Virus record (IMG/VR): IMGVR_UViG_3300050503_000029 | From: a virus | Strand: one strand, 5' to 3' | DNA: 64,000 nucleotides | Shown here: piece after piece, positions 1 to 7,976 of the stretch | Position numbering within the stretch: position 1 is the first letter of the stretch | How the letters are laid out: every line of letters begins with the position of its first letter | The notes under the pieces: generated by a model | What the model was told of the DNA's origin: nothing | Databases searched by the model: none | The model's input: only the letters and a program-made list of their open reading frames with translations | Translations under genes and position numbers: made by a program

Positions 1-154
1 GGTGGCAAGAGCAGTGCTCCGCCGTGCACGTCTCAGGGGTGTGGAGCAGGGCTTTAGCCCGCTCCTCTGCCATCTGGCTCGGCTTGGAGTAACCAACCTC
101 GTCGGGGTCGAGAGATGGTCTCTGTCCCTGACCAGGGAGCGGAAGTGCGGCCAT
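1..154 (-). CDS. hypothetical protein, N-terminal part only (gene runs off the left edge)
   Basis: Reverse-strand ATG at 154, just after the stop of ORF 156..647. The frame stays open to position 1 (MAALPLPGQGQRPSLDPDEVGYSKPSQMAEERAKALLHTPETCTAEHCSCH...). Too short for the ORF track. Confidence 0.35.
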   Translation of the reverse strand, partial: MAALPLPGQGQRPSLDPDEVGYSKPSQMAEERAKALLHTPETCTAEHCSCH

Positions 155-155
155 A

Positions 156-647
156 TCAGTTCTTTCCCATCGTGACGCCGGAGTGGAGCATGGTCTCTTC
201 CCGGATCCCGCAGTAGGGGCACACGGGGAACGCGGAGAAGTAGCGGTGGAGGTCGTCCCGGAGCGCGTGGTGCTTGCGCCTGGGGGCGAAGTGGACGGGA
301 CGCCGGCACATGATGCACCAGTCATAGCCGCGGGACTTGTAGTCCATGACCAGCTCCTCGGGACCGCGGAACCCGATGACACGCGAGGAGATGGACACGT
401 CCACGAACTTGGGCGAGGCCAGGAGCCGCTTGGCCTTGCCGAACGCCTCGCGGTAGTCCACGGCGGTGGTGCCCGCCCACTTGCCTGCGGGGGTGAGCGC
501 CCAGACCTTGAACGGGGCCAGGTGGTAGATGCCCTTCGGGATGATCGCGGGGCGCAGGAAGTACGCCTTGTACTTCGGGTCCTTGAGCAAGGTGGCGAGC
601 GTCGGGGAAGATGCGGTGGCGGGGTGATTGGCGGTCGTCGTCGTCAT
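156..647 (-). CDS. hypothetical protein with C-terminal 4-Cys zinc-ribbon
   Basis: 163-aa track ORF with high GC3. Has CIMC...CPYC (CxxC-N33-CxxC). Same strand as, and downstream of, the primase/helicase gene. Confidence 0.7.
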   Translation of the reverse strand: MTTTTANHPATASSPTLATLLKDPKYKAYFLRPAIIPKGIYHLAPFKVWALTPAGKWAGTTAVDYREAFGKAKRLLASPKFVDVSISSRVIGFRGPEELVMDYKSRGYDWCIMCRRPVHFAPRRKHHALRDDLHRYFSAFPVCPYCGIREETMLHSGVTMGKN

Positions 648-689
648 GTCTCGATCTTATGCTAGTGGGCGTGTGCGGGTCAACTGTGG

Positions 690-712
690 AAGCTCTGTGC
701 GCTCGTTAGGAG
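690..712 (+). repeat. 23-bp intergenic repeat AAGCTCTGTGCGCTCGTTAGGAG (copy 1)
   Basis: Identical 23-mer at 19926..19948. A related copy lies on the opposite strand at 63732..63753. The core GTTAGGAGCG also occurs at 4892..4901 and, reverse-complemented, at 58109..58120. Confidence 0.85.
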
Positions 713-714
713 CG

Positions 715-3159
715 CTAGGAGTCTCCGCGTGTACGACGAGACCGAGTGATGCGTCCACGTACCTTACGCGCCCACTCAGGACCGTCTGAGGGCTCACGAG
801 CGATACCCTCTTCCGCACACATCTTGCACCAACGTCGTCCCGGCTTGTACCCGATGTCATCTGGCATCGGGAAGTCGTCGGGGTAGGTGTGGTGATCTCC
901 ACAGTTGTGGCACTCTAGCGACCGCTTGGCTCCTCGCGGCATACGGTCTGCCTTGGAGAAGTCGAGGACCGTGCCCGAGACCAGGATGATCTTCTTGTCC
1001 GGGTCCTCGGCTGCCATCCCACGCTTGATCAGGCTGTTGACCGCGTTGGTGCAACGCTGGTTGTTCAGCTTGGTGACCTGGCGGAGGGAGTATCGAGTGA
1101 TCGGGCCACTCTGTGCCTTGAGGGCATCGAGGACGCGGATCTCGTGCTCAGCCAGCGGCGTGTCCTCCTCGGCCTCCTGGGTGGAATCGTCGTGGGTCGG
1201 AGTGAGCCCGCCGCGGTTGATCGGCTCGAACAGTGAGCGAGTGACCTTACCCTCTACGTCCGACGTCATGATGAACGTGGCAACGTCGTTCCACTGCTGG
1301 GTCTCCTCATCCTCGACATGGCGACGCTTCCAACGGATGACGCGGCCCACTCGATCTTTGACCGCGGCGAGGATCAAACGGCCGGTACCGCCCATGACGA
1401 GGGTGGAGGCGATCTTCTCGGGCCGGAGCTCATACTCGATGCCGGTGAGCTTGGCGCCCTTCTGGATCGTACCGCCGACTCGCCCACCTTGCTTCGTGCT
1501 GTGGTCGATCTGGAGCGTGGCGATGCCCGCGTCCAGGAACGGCTTGACTTGCTTGCCGTACCACCAAGCGTAGTCAGTGGCCTTGGAGCCGTCCAGAGCC
1601 ATGGAAGGCTTGTTCTCGTCATCCACCACAGACCAGTCGGCCATCGACGCGGACACACCATCAACCACGACAAGGTCCCAGCCCTTGAGCTGTTCAGCCA
1701 ACATGGTAATGGCGTCAATGGGCGAGATGGTCTCCACGCTCATGTCGATGCCGCCGAGGTACAGGAACTGGTTCCTGATCAGGTCCTCGGTGATGCCGTG
1801 CTGGTTCATCATGCGGTCACGGATGAACGTGTCGGCGCTGTCCTCAAAGTCGAAGTACGCCACGCGGCCGCCGCGCTTCATGATGTCATGGATCATGGCG
1901 ATGGTTACGTGGGTCTTGCCGAGGCCGCGGTCAGACGAGAGACCATGGGACTTGCCGGGGTACAGGAGGAAGTACTCCCCGCACGTGACGAGGGTGGGCT
2001 CCAACGGCTTGTAGTCGCCGGACAGGAGCACATCGAGGTCGGGACGTGCGAACGGGAAGCCGGATCCGAACTCAAGGCGCACGGGAGTGCCGGGCGGTTC
2101 AGTCTCGGGGGCTGGTGTGGTGCTGACCGGCGGGGTCGTCGTGGTCTTGTCCCTAGCCTCCTGGGCTTGAGGGGCCATCGCCACGTCCTCGGCGGTGAGG
2201 GTGCCGGACGGCTTCATGCCGGTCTCACGCCGCCACGTACGTGCCACGTCGACCTGGATGCGGTAACCGTTCTCTTCCTCTTGCTTGTCCAGCAGTGGCT
2301 CACACTCAAGGGCGAAGGCGTACGCTTCGTCCATGGTGAGCCCGTACTTAATCGCGTCCTTCACGATGGCGATGGTGGCCATGTAGCGACGGCACGAGCC
2401 AGACTGGAAGCGCCCGTTCCACTCACGGACGACCTTGCGCATCCGCTGGAACTTCAGGTCGGATGCCTTGTAGTTGAAGCCCTTCGGTACGGTGGGGAGG
2501 GTGAGCTTGGTGGCCGCGGGTGCCTCTGCGGTGTGCTCCACACCCAAGAACTTGGTCAGGTTCTCCGGGGTGTGCCGTGCGTCTGCCAGCCGCTCCACTC
2601 GAACCAGAGGAGACTTGGGGTACTTGTGGTTGCGGGTGCCAGGCAGACGGAGGAGCGTCGTGGAGTCGAACTTGTCGCCGCGGATGAACACCTTGAGGCC
2701 GCGGTTCAGAGTCTCCAGCTCCGGGGGTGTCACCTCCTTGGTCAGCAGGAGGTACACGTGGTACTTGGGCCCGTTGGTCGGGTGAATGCCGCCGGATCGA
2801 ACGAGGCAGGCACCAAGCTCGATGAGCTTGGCCTTAGCGTCTGCTGTCAGCCCCTCGTCGGCGTCCCCGAACACGACGACGTTGGGAAGTGCCTGCTCCT
2901 TCTTCCGGCCCTTGGTACCGCTCATGGGCGTCGGTGCGTAGAAGATCTCCGTGCCGGCGTCCGACTTCTTGATCATGCTGCGGGCCATGCCATCGATGGA
3001 CATGGACCACGGGCGGAGTCGTCCATCGCCCTCGTGGAACGTCTGGGTGGTCTTGCCACGGTCAGTGATCGTGGCCCGCGCCAGGGATACCTTCCTGTCG
3101 CCATACAGGTTGCGGAGGAAGCCGGTCAGCTCCTCGGCGCGGTCGTTTGTGTCCAACAC
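715..3159 (-). CDS. bifunctional DNA primase-polymerase / RepA-DnaB-like helicase
   Basis: 814 aa. N-terminal prim-pol signatures (VVVFGDADEG, YHVYLL, LRLPGTRNHKYP). Central P-loop GLGKTH and Walker B LVVVDG. C-terminal CHNC...CKMC zinc finger. Confidence 0.85.
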   Translation of the reverse strand: MLDTNDRAEELTGFLRNLYGDRKVSLARATITDRGKTTQTFHEGDGRLRPWSMSIDGMARSMIKKSDAGTEIFYAPTPMSGTKGRKKEQALPNVVVFGDADEGLTADAKAKLIELGACLVRSGGIHPTNGPKYHVYLLLTKEVTPPELETLNRGLKVFIRGDKFDSTTLLRLPGTRNHKYPKSPLVRVERLADARHTPENLTKFLGVEHTAEAPAATKLTLPTVPKGFNYKASDLKFQRMRKVVREWNGRFQSGSCRRYMATIAIVKDAIKYGLTMDEAYAFALECEPLLDKQEEENGYRIQVDVARTWRRETGMKPSGTLTAEDVAMAPQAQEARDKTTTTPPVSTTPAPETEPPGTPVRLEFGSGFPFARPDLDVLLSGDYKPLEPTLVTCGEYFLLYPGKSHGLSSDRGLGKTHVTIAMIHDIMKRGGRVAYFDFEDSADTFIRDRMMNQHGITEDLIRNQFLYLGGIDMSVETISPIDAITMLAEQLKGWDLVVVDGVSASMADWSVVDDENKPSMALDGSKATDYAWWYGKQVKPFLDAGIATLQIDHSTKQGGRVGGTIQKGAKLTGIEYELRPEKIASTLVMGGTGRLILAAVKDRVGRVIRWKRRHVEDEETQQWNDVATFIMTSDVEGKVTRSLFEPINRGGLTPTHDDSTQEAEEDTPLAEHEIRVLDALKAQSGPITRYSLRQVTKLNNQRCTNAVNSLIKRGMAAEDPDKKIILVSGTVLDFSKADRMPRGAKRSLECHNCGDHHTYPDDFPMPDDIGYKPGRRWCKMCAEEGIAREPSDGPEWARKVRGRITRSRRTRGDS

Positions 3160-3227
3160 CTGTCTCCTTGCCGGGTAATGCGGTGTAGCGTGCTGGGCGA
3201 TCGTACGTGACGACGTGCGGTGTGGTG

Positions 3228-3434
3228 TTACTTCTGGGGTCGGGCCGCCACCATCTTCAGAGAAGACAGCGGGCCGTGGTATTCCCAGGTCCCTGACTTG
3301 TGCAAGTGGTTGCCGGTGAAGTGGAACGAGTCCCCCTCAGCCATGAACGACTGGCGGCTGACCTGGTACCACTCACCGTCAGGCAGCATCACGCGGGCAA
3401 TGGAAGTGTAGGACGGCAGGGAGTTGATGTTCAT
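3228..3434 (-). CDS. hypothetical protein
   Basis: 68-aa track ORF. Its start overlaps the stop of the upstream ORF by 1 nt (ATGA-type coupling at 3434). Confidence 0.5.
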   Translation of the reverse strand: MNINSLPSYTSIARVMLPDGEWYQVSRQSFMAEGDSFHFTGNHLHKSGTWEYHGPLSSLKMVAARPQK

Positions 3435-3889
3435 CAGACGCCCACCTTCTCGTAGGTGCGGCGGGTGACAGGCTGGTGGAGGCGGACCCTGCGCTTCTTG
3501 GGCACGACCGCGGTGGGGCTCATGGGAGTGGGCGGCGGTTCCTCGGAGTCGTAGAACTGGAACGCGACCAGCTCATCCGAGACGACCTGGACCTTCACGC
3601 GGAGCACCTTGAAGTCCGGGACACGTCGGACCTTGTTGGTGCCGCGGACACGCATCACCTTGAGGGGAGCGTTCTTCTCGCGGGTTCGGGTCATCCGCTG
3701 AGCGCGGCTGTACAGGCTCGCACGGAAGTTAGACGTGGTCATCCTCGCGGGGAAGTCAACACCGCGCGAGGCCAGCCAGATGTCGCCGTGACCGTTGCGG
3801 TCCAGGAGCGCCCACTGTTCCCACGGGTACTCGAACTGGGCAGCGGCCGGAACTCTCGGGCCGGGCCACGTGTCGATCACTTCTGCCAT
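3434..3889 (-). CDS. hypothetical protein (first gene of the leftward operon)
   Basis: 151-aa track ORF. SD GAGGA lies 8 nt upstream. A promoter-like element sits about 40 nt upstream on the same strand. Confidence 0.65.
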   Translation of the reverse strand: MAEVIDTWPGPRVPAAAQFEYPWEQWALLDRNGHGDIWLASRGVDFPARMTTSNFRASLYSRAQRMTRTREKNAPLKVMRVRGTNKVRRVPDFKVLRVKVQVVSDELVAFQFYDSEEPPPTPMSPTAVVPKKRRVRLHQPVTRRTYEKVGV

Positions 3890-3917
3890 GATCGGAGGTC
3901 CTCACTCTGTGTAGCAC

Positions 3918-3946
3918 TTGACCACGTCATCGTAACATGCTAGTGC
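3918..3946 (+). promoter_or_regulatory. possible rightward promoter TTGACC-N17-TAGTGC
   Basis: -35 at 3918..3923, -10 at 3941..3946. The final base of the -10 is C rather than the usual T, so this is weak. It overlaps the leftward promoter. Confidence 0.3.
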
Positions 3947-3958
3947 ACCAAAGGTCAA
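3929..3958 (-). promoter_or_regulatory. leftward promoter TTGACC-N18-TACGAT
   Basis: Reverse strand: -35 at 3958..3953, -10 at 3934..3929, about 40 nt upstream of ATG 3889. Same -10 hexamer as the cassette promoter at 59129. Confidence 0.45.
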
Positions 3959-4031
3959 TGCGTGCTCATACAGCGCAGTGGCGGACGTTAATGGAGTCGG
4001 AGGTGCATAACTGGACACTTTCCCCACGGGT

Positions 4032-4222
4032 GTTTGCGGGTTGAGCTGCCGGCGTTCTGTTGCCGTTCGTTGCGTTCCGTTGCCAACTCTCCACAAATGT
4101 CTGAGTTTGTTGCCAACTCTGGTGATTCAGGGTTAGCCTCGCTGCGGTGTTCTGTTGCCGTCTGTTGCCAATTCTGGCGATTTGGTCGTTCCGTTGCCAA
4201 CTCTGGTAGTTTGCGGATTGAG
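4032..4222 (+). repeat. iteron block: GTTGCCAA(C/T)TCTGG x4 plus about 10-bp phased (C)TGTTGCC units, bracketed by GTTTGCGG(G/A)TTGAG
   Basis: GTTGCCAACTCT at 4079, 4109 and 4193, and GTTGCCAATTCTGG at 4164. TTCTGTTGCC/GTTCGTTGCG/TTCCGTTGCC run in tandem at 4055-4084, and CTGTTGCC occurs twice at 4152-4169. Bracket repeats lie at 4032..4045 and 4209..4222. Confidence 0.8.
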
Positions 4223-4256
4223 TGAGTCGGGCGTTAGGCGGGGAGAGCCAGAATAC

Positions 4257-4360
4257 TATTCCGATCTTGTTCCGAGCGACTATTCCGATCTTGTACCGCT
4301 GAAAGAATCGCAGCTCAGGACGTTAATGGAGAGGGACTATTCCGAGTATTCCGATCTTGT
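4257..4360 (+). repeat. second iteron family: TATTCCGATCTTGT x3 plus half-sites
   Basis: Full copies at 4257..4270, 4281..4294 and 4347..4360. Half-sites TATTCCGAG at 4338 and GTTCCGAG at 4269. The 13-mer GATCTTGTTCCGA (4263..4275) recurs on the reverse strand at 51.31 kb. Confidence 0.8.
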
Positions 4361-4631
4361 TCTCGTAGCTCATGCGCGTACGCGTAGGCGCGCTCTCTCG
4401 TGCATACACCTCAGCGAAGCTGAGGGTATTGCACGGAGAGATGCGCTGGCTACTACGCATGGCGGGGTCAAACCGCAGAGAGGGCGCTAGAGTATGACTA
4501 CGGAGAGTCACAGGATCTGAGGCTGTACACAACGGACCATGCTGTTAGGGTCCCCGATCGTGGGGAAACCGAAAGCGCGTCGCTCTCTGGGTGGGGTTTG
4601 CATGTGTGTACGAGGGAAGGGAGCCGGACAT

Positions 4632-4889
4632 ATGGCAATGGGTGGGGCAGTGAACACGGAGGCCCGAGGCGGGTCTGTGAGTGCGGGCCATGCCAAGCTG
4701 AGGAAGTACCAGATCCGGTACGTGGCTGGGTACTGGCTGGCTCGTGTGCCGTACGGGTCCTGGCGCAGGTTCGACACCTGGTCCATGGCGACCATCTACC
4801 TGAGGGGACGGCACGAGGAGCGCGTAGCGAAGGAGGCTGAGCTTGCGCGTCGTCGTGAAGATGCGACGCACGCTCACTACGAACCTTAG
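4632..4889 (+). CDS. small basic protein, possible DNA-binding regulator
   Basis: 85 aa inside track ORF 4539..4889. ATG 4632 lies 8 nt after GGGAAGGGAG. First rightward ORF after the iterons. W/Y/R-rich core KYQIRYVAGYWLARVPYGSWRRFDTWSMATIYLRG, with a by-eye resemblance to AP2-type DNA-binding domains only. Confidence 0.35.
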   Translation: MAMGGAVNTEARGGSVSAGHAKLRKYQIRYVAGYWLARVPYGSWRRFDTWSMATIYLRGRHEERVAKEAELARRREDATHAHYEP

Positions 4890-4997
4890 CCGTTAGGAGC
4901 GCGTGAGCGTACGTCTGGCGAGTCGAGAGTGTGAGTACGCGTGTACTCTCGCTCTCGCTTGCCGATCTATCCAGACAGCCGCTAGGAGCTTTTGATC

Positions 4998-5318
4998 ATG
5001 CCAAGCAAGGTAGGCCCGCCAGCGCCTTGTGTCTGTTGTGGGGTATGGGGTGGGATCATGGCTCGTGGGCTTAGGTCCACGTGCTACTTCCGCTGGCGGA
5101 ACAAGGGACAACTAGCCCGATGGCCGCTCCTGCGTAAGCGGGCCGTGTACTACCTGGAGCGAGAGTTCGCCATGGATCGTGCGCGGGAGTATGAGGCTAT
5201 GCGTCTCGGGCCGGGGTCGCTTAGCCGCAAGCGAGCGTGTATCGTCCTTGACATCACCGAGCGCACAGCCTACCGATACGAGGCCTGGCTGAGGCTCATG
5301 GCTGAGGCACAGAGGTAG
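4998..5318 (+). CDS. putative helix-turn-helix protein
   Basis: ATG 4998 lies 9 nt after TAGGAG. 106 aa. N-terminal Cys cluster (CVCC) and an HTH-like segment RKRACIVLDITERTAYRYEAWL. Confidence 0.55.
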   Translation: MPSKVGPPAPCVCCGVWGGIMARGLRSTCYFRWRNKGQLARWPLLRKRAVYYLEREFAMDRAREYEAMRLGPGSLSRKRACIVLDITERTAYRYEAWLRLMAEAQR

Positions 5319-5378
5319 CTGGAGGGAGGAATCGATGTACTGCCACTGTGGTAAGAGGTACCCCTGTTTCGACCACTA

Positions 5379-5729
5379 ATGGGCGGGCTCGGACAGAGGG
5401 TACGCCTAGAGTGGACGGGAGACGAGCCGGTTATGCCGGATGAGATAACGGACGTGCCGGCTCGTCGTACCTACAGGCGCTGGCCCTGGGACCAGTGGGC
5501 GTCAGGAGTGGAGCACAAGTTCGCGGGTGAGCACGGGGGCAAGACTCCTCGTGCCATGGCGAACTTCTGGCGCGCATGGGCTAAGCGGCATGGCAAGACC
5601 TGCCACGCGTACGTTGGGTGTGGTGCAGAGGGTGAGTACGTCCTTCTGTCCATGTCCGACTATGACCCGGACCATAAGCCGGAACAGTGTGACCAATGTG
5701 GAGATGAGGACTCACGATATGGCCAGTGA
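5379..5729 (+). CDS. hypothetical protein
   Basis: 116-aa track ORF with high GC3 and a C-terminal CDQC motif. Confidence 0.55.
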   Translation: MGGLGQRVRLEWTGDEPVMPDEITDVPARRTYRRWPWDQWASGVEHKFAGEHGGKTPRAMANFWRAWAKRHGKTCHAYVGCGAEGEYVLLSMSDYDPDHKPEQCDQCGDEDSRYGQ

Positions 5730-6063
5730 GAACGAGGCCGCCGAGAAGCACGTCCGCGCACTGTGCGTGGGTGGTCAGTACGACGGGCAGTGGAAGAGCA
5801 TCCCGAACCGGCTGAGGTACGACTACCAGGTACCGCGTGCCATGCGGCTCATGCCCGTGGTAACGAAGGAGCCCGACCTCTCGGTCGGCTTCCCGGAGTT
5901 CGACAGGTACCGCGTGGTGGGACCGATCTCCCTGTTCGGTGAGGGCGGTATCTGCCTCGCCCTGGAGCGCGGGGAACTGTTCGACAAGTACCGCGGCAGT
6001 GAGGAGCGGATGATCCTGAAGGCCATCCTCCAGCGTGACGTGAGCGCGGAGATGGGTCTCTGA
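5719..6063 (+). CDS. hypothetical protein
   Basis: ATG 5719 (MASENEAAEKH...) inside track ORF 5527..6063. The upstream part of that ORF overlaps gene 5379..5729 out of frame. Confidence 0.55.
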   Translation: MASENEAAEKHVRALCVGGQYDGQWKSIPNRLRYDYQVPRAMRLMPVVTKEPDLSVGFPEFDRYRVVGPISLFGEGGICLALERGELFDKYRGSEERMILKAILQRDVSAEMGL

Positions 6064-6338
6064 TGGAGGACTTCTTTGCCGGCCTGTTCGATGGGCTGGC
6101 AGACGCGGCCATTTGGCCTTGGAACTGGGGAGGTAACAGCGTGGGCAAGAAGGGTACGGCACGAGGCAAGAAGCCGGCACGTGCACGAGACGGTGTGACG
6201 GGCCGGGTGATCTACTGCGGCAACTGTGGCACGTCGGGTGAACACCTGACCGTGCGCGCCGTGCGGCAGTGCTACGGCCGACCCGTGAGCGAGGGCCCGG
6301 ACTACGGCTATGTGTCGGGGAGGATCAAGCCGGTATGA
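6063..6338 (+). CDS. hypothetical protein
   Basis: 91-aa track ORF. ATGA start/stop overlap with the upstream gene. Contains CGNC. Confidence 0.55.
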   Translation: MEDFFAGLFDGLADAAIWPWNWGGNSVGKKGTARGKKPARARDGVTGRVIYCGNCGTSGEHLTVRAVRQCYGRPVSEGPDYGYVSGRIKPV

Positions 6339-6613
6339 GTAGCGTGGGTGACGCGTTCCTGGGTGGGTTCCTACTGGTGCTCATGGCCATCATGTGCGCC
6401 AAGGGGGACTCCATCCAGAAGGCATGGGCAGCGCGTAGGCTTCGCCGGCACCACTGTCCCACACCCTGCCAGGAGTCAATGCGCTGCCGTTGCGGCTGTG
6501 GCGGACTGCACTCCGTGGGTGAGCGCCAGGAGTCATGTGGGGTGTGCGGTACTCCCATCGTGTATGATGAGGAGTCAGAGATCACCCAAGAGACGTACTG
6601 GAGGTACCCGTGA
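6335..6613 (+). CDS. small membrane protein, Cys-rich
   Basis: ATG 6335 overlaps the upstream stop. TM segment FLGGFLLVLMAIMCA followed by CPTPC...CRCGCGG...CGVCG. Confidence 0.55.
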   Translation: MSSVGDAFLGGFLLVLMAIMCAKGDSIQKAWAARRLRRHHCPTPCQESMRCRCGCGGLHSVGERQESCGVCGTPIVYDEESEITQETYWRYP

Positions 6614-6837
6614 GTGAGGGCACCGAGCCCGACGAGACAGAGGAGCCGGAGTGTAACGGCATCTGCCTGACGCCGGCCGATATCGGTCTGCCGGAGTATG
6701 GCGGTGCGGGTGTGATCGCCTATGCGCACCCGGACTGTCCTGCGCATGGCGACCCCCTGGAGGACGACGAGAACACGGAGACCTGTGGTGGCGGGGATGA
6801 GTCCTTGCGCTACGTGAGGGAAGAGGACATGGCATGA
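6610..6837 (+). CDS. acidic hypothetical protein
   Basis: 75-aa track ORF. GTGA coupling at both ends. Confidence 0.5.
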   Translation: MSEGTEPDETEEPECNGICLTPADIGLPEYGGAGVIAYAHPDCPAHGDPLEDDENTETCGGGDESLRYVREEDMA

Positions 6838-7403
6838 ACCAGCTTCCACCCGAACAGGACCCGGCCAACCTGACGGACGGGCAGCGGGCCAACATCGCTG
6901 CGGCACAGAGCCTGCATGATGACCTCCTGGCCGCAAGCACCGTGCCGGCAAGTCTCATCCCGGAGCCCGTCGTGAGTCGGGTTCCTACGTACGGGGATCT
7001 CATGGCCCTCATCAAGCGTATCGAGGACCAGCCGATGTACGGCGAGCCGGAGCCTGTACACCCGGACGTGTTCGAGGCCGCACGTCGTGAGGGCGAGACA
7101 CGTCGGCAGGCCAAGAGCCGGATCATGCTGGAGCACTACGCGCGGGAAGGGTTCACGGTACGTGACGGTGACCTGTGGGCCCTCCGTGCGCAGTACGTGG
7201 CTGTGAAGGAGTACGTCCAGGGACAGGGCGGCGGCCTGCCGTACAACACCCACAACTGGGTCCACTTCTACAACCGCTACGGCATGGGTGGGCAGGACCC
7301 GGTTCTCATGGTCGGCCTGCGGAAGGACACGGTCGAGGAGATGGGTCGTGCCGGCATCCTGGAGTCCGAGGCTCGCCGCACGCTGCGCATCCTGGGGCAT
7401 TGA
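6834..7403 (+). CDS. hypothetical protein
   Basis: 189-aa track ORF with high GC3, translationally coupled to the upstream gene. Confidence 0.65.
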   Translation: MNQLPPEQDPANLTDGQRANIAAAQSLHDDLLAASTVPASLIPEPVVSRVPTYGDLMALIKRIEDQPMYGEPEPVHPDVFEAARREGETRRQAKSRIMLEHYAREGFTVRDGDLWALRAQYVAVKEYVQGQGGGLPYNTHNWVHFYNRYGMGGQDPVLMVGLRKDTVEEMGRAGILESEARRTLRILGH

Positions 7404-7452
7404 CCTGATCGGTCAGTGGGGTGTATCGTGACGGTGAGTGAAGGAGGTGAAC

Positions 7453-7641
7453 ATGTCCGATACCGTACCCGAGGAGCCGATCCCCAGTGATCCGCCCGAG
7501 GAGGGGAACGACACTGTGGGTGTCGTGCCGACGGGAGGGCCCGTGACCGAGGGTGAGCCGCCCCCGCCACCGCCGCCCATCGTGACGCCCGACCCGGGAC
7601 CGCCGGATGAGAACTACCCGCCGGTGGACCAGCCCGGCTAG
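7453..7641 (+). CDS. proline-rich small protein
   Basis: ATG 7453 lies 5 nt after AAGGAGGTG. 62 aa with PPPPPPPIVTPDPGPPDENYPPVDQPG. Confidence 0.5.
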   Translation: MSDTVPEEPIPSDPPEEGNDTVGVVPTGGPVTEGEPPPPPPPIVTPDPGPPDENYPPVDQPG

Positions 7642-7649
7642 CAAGTGAA

Positions 7650-7697
7650 GAGGGGGCAGCCTGCGTGACTCCGGTCATATGCCAAGGCTGCCCCCTC
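7650..7697 (+). terminator. stem-loop (GAGGGGGCAGCC ... GGCTGCCCCCTC)
   Basis: Perfect 12-bp arms at 7650..7661 and 7686..7697 with a 24-nt loop, directly after the stop of 7453..7641. Confidence 0.4.
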
Positions 7698-7748
7698 GTG
7701 CTACAGTCGGTGTACGAGATGTGATGAGAGAGTGAAGGGAGTGGGACC

Positions 7749-7976
7749 GTGAAGTGCACAAGGCCTCAATGCGGGAAGGTCAGGTATACGGCGGAGACGA
7801 CGGCACAGCTTGCCTGTGTGAAGGCGGCCCTAGATGGGGATGCCTCTCTGTCCTGGTACTACAGCCAGGCGTGCGGGTGCTGGCATCTGACCTCTACGGC
7901 CAACAAGGGCAATACCGGAAAGCGCGTGAAGTGGGTGGAGGGTTTCAGTGAGAACGCAGGACGTGCCGCTGCCTGA
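7749..7976 (+). CDS. small Cys protein (CxxxxC ... CGCWH)
   Basis: 75-aa track ORF with a GTG start after GAAGGGAG. Its motif is shared with ORF 10575..10778. Confidence 0.55.
   Translation: MKCTRPQCGKVRYTAETTAQLACVKAALDGDASLSWYYSQACGCWHLTSTANKGNTGKRVKWVEGFSENAGRAAA

Noticed and set aside
1318-3210. 630-aa forward ORF antisense to the primase/helicase gene (also 905..1573 and 1577..2014)
   Set aside because: Shadow ORFs typical of high-G+C DNA. They are Arg/Gly/Leu/Val-rich with low-complexity composition and no motifs. The reverse-strand ORF has clear prim-pol and P-loop signatures.
4155-4490. Track ORFs 3988..4200 (-), 4034..4225 (+), 4155..4490 (+) and 4323..4532 (-) in the left switch region
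   Set aside because: Their peptide repeats (VANSG..., YSDLVP...) simply translate the DNA iterons. There are no SDs and GC3 bias is poor. The region is better explained as regulatory or origin DNA.
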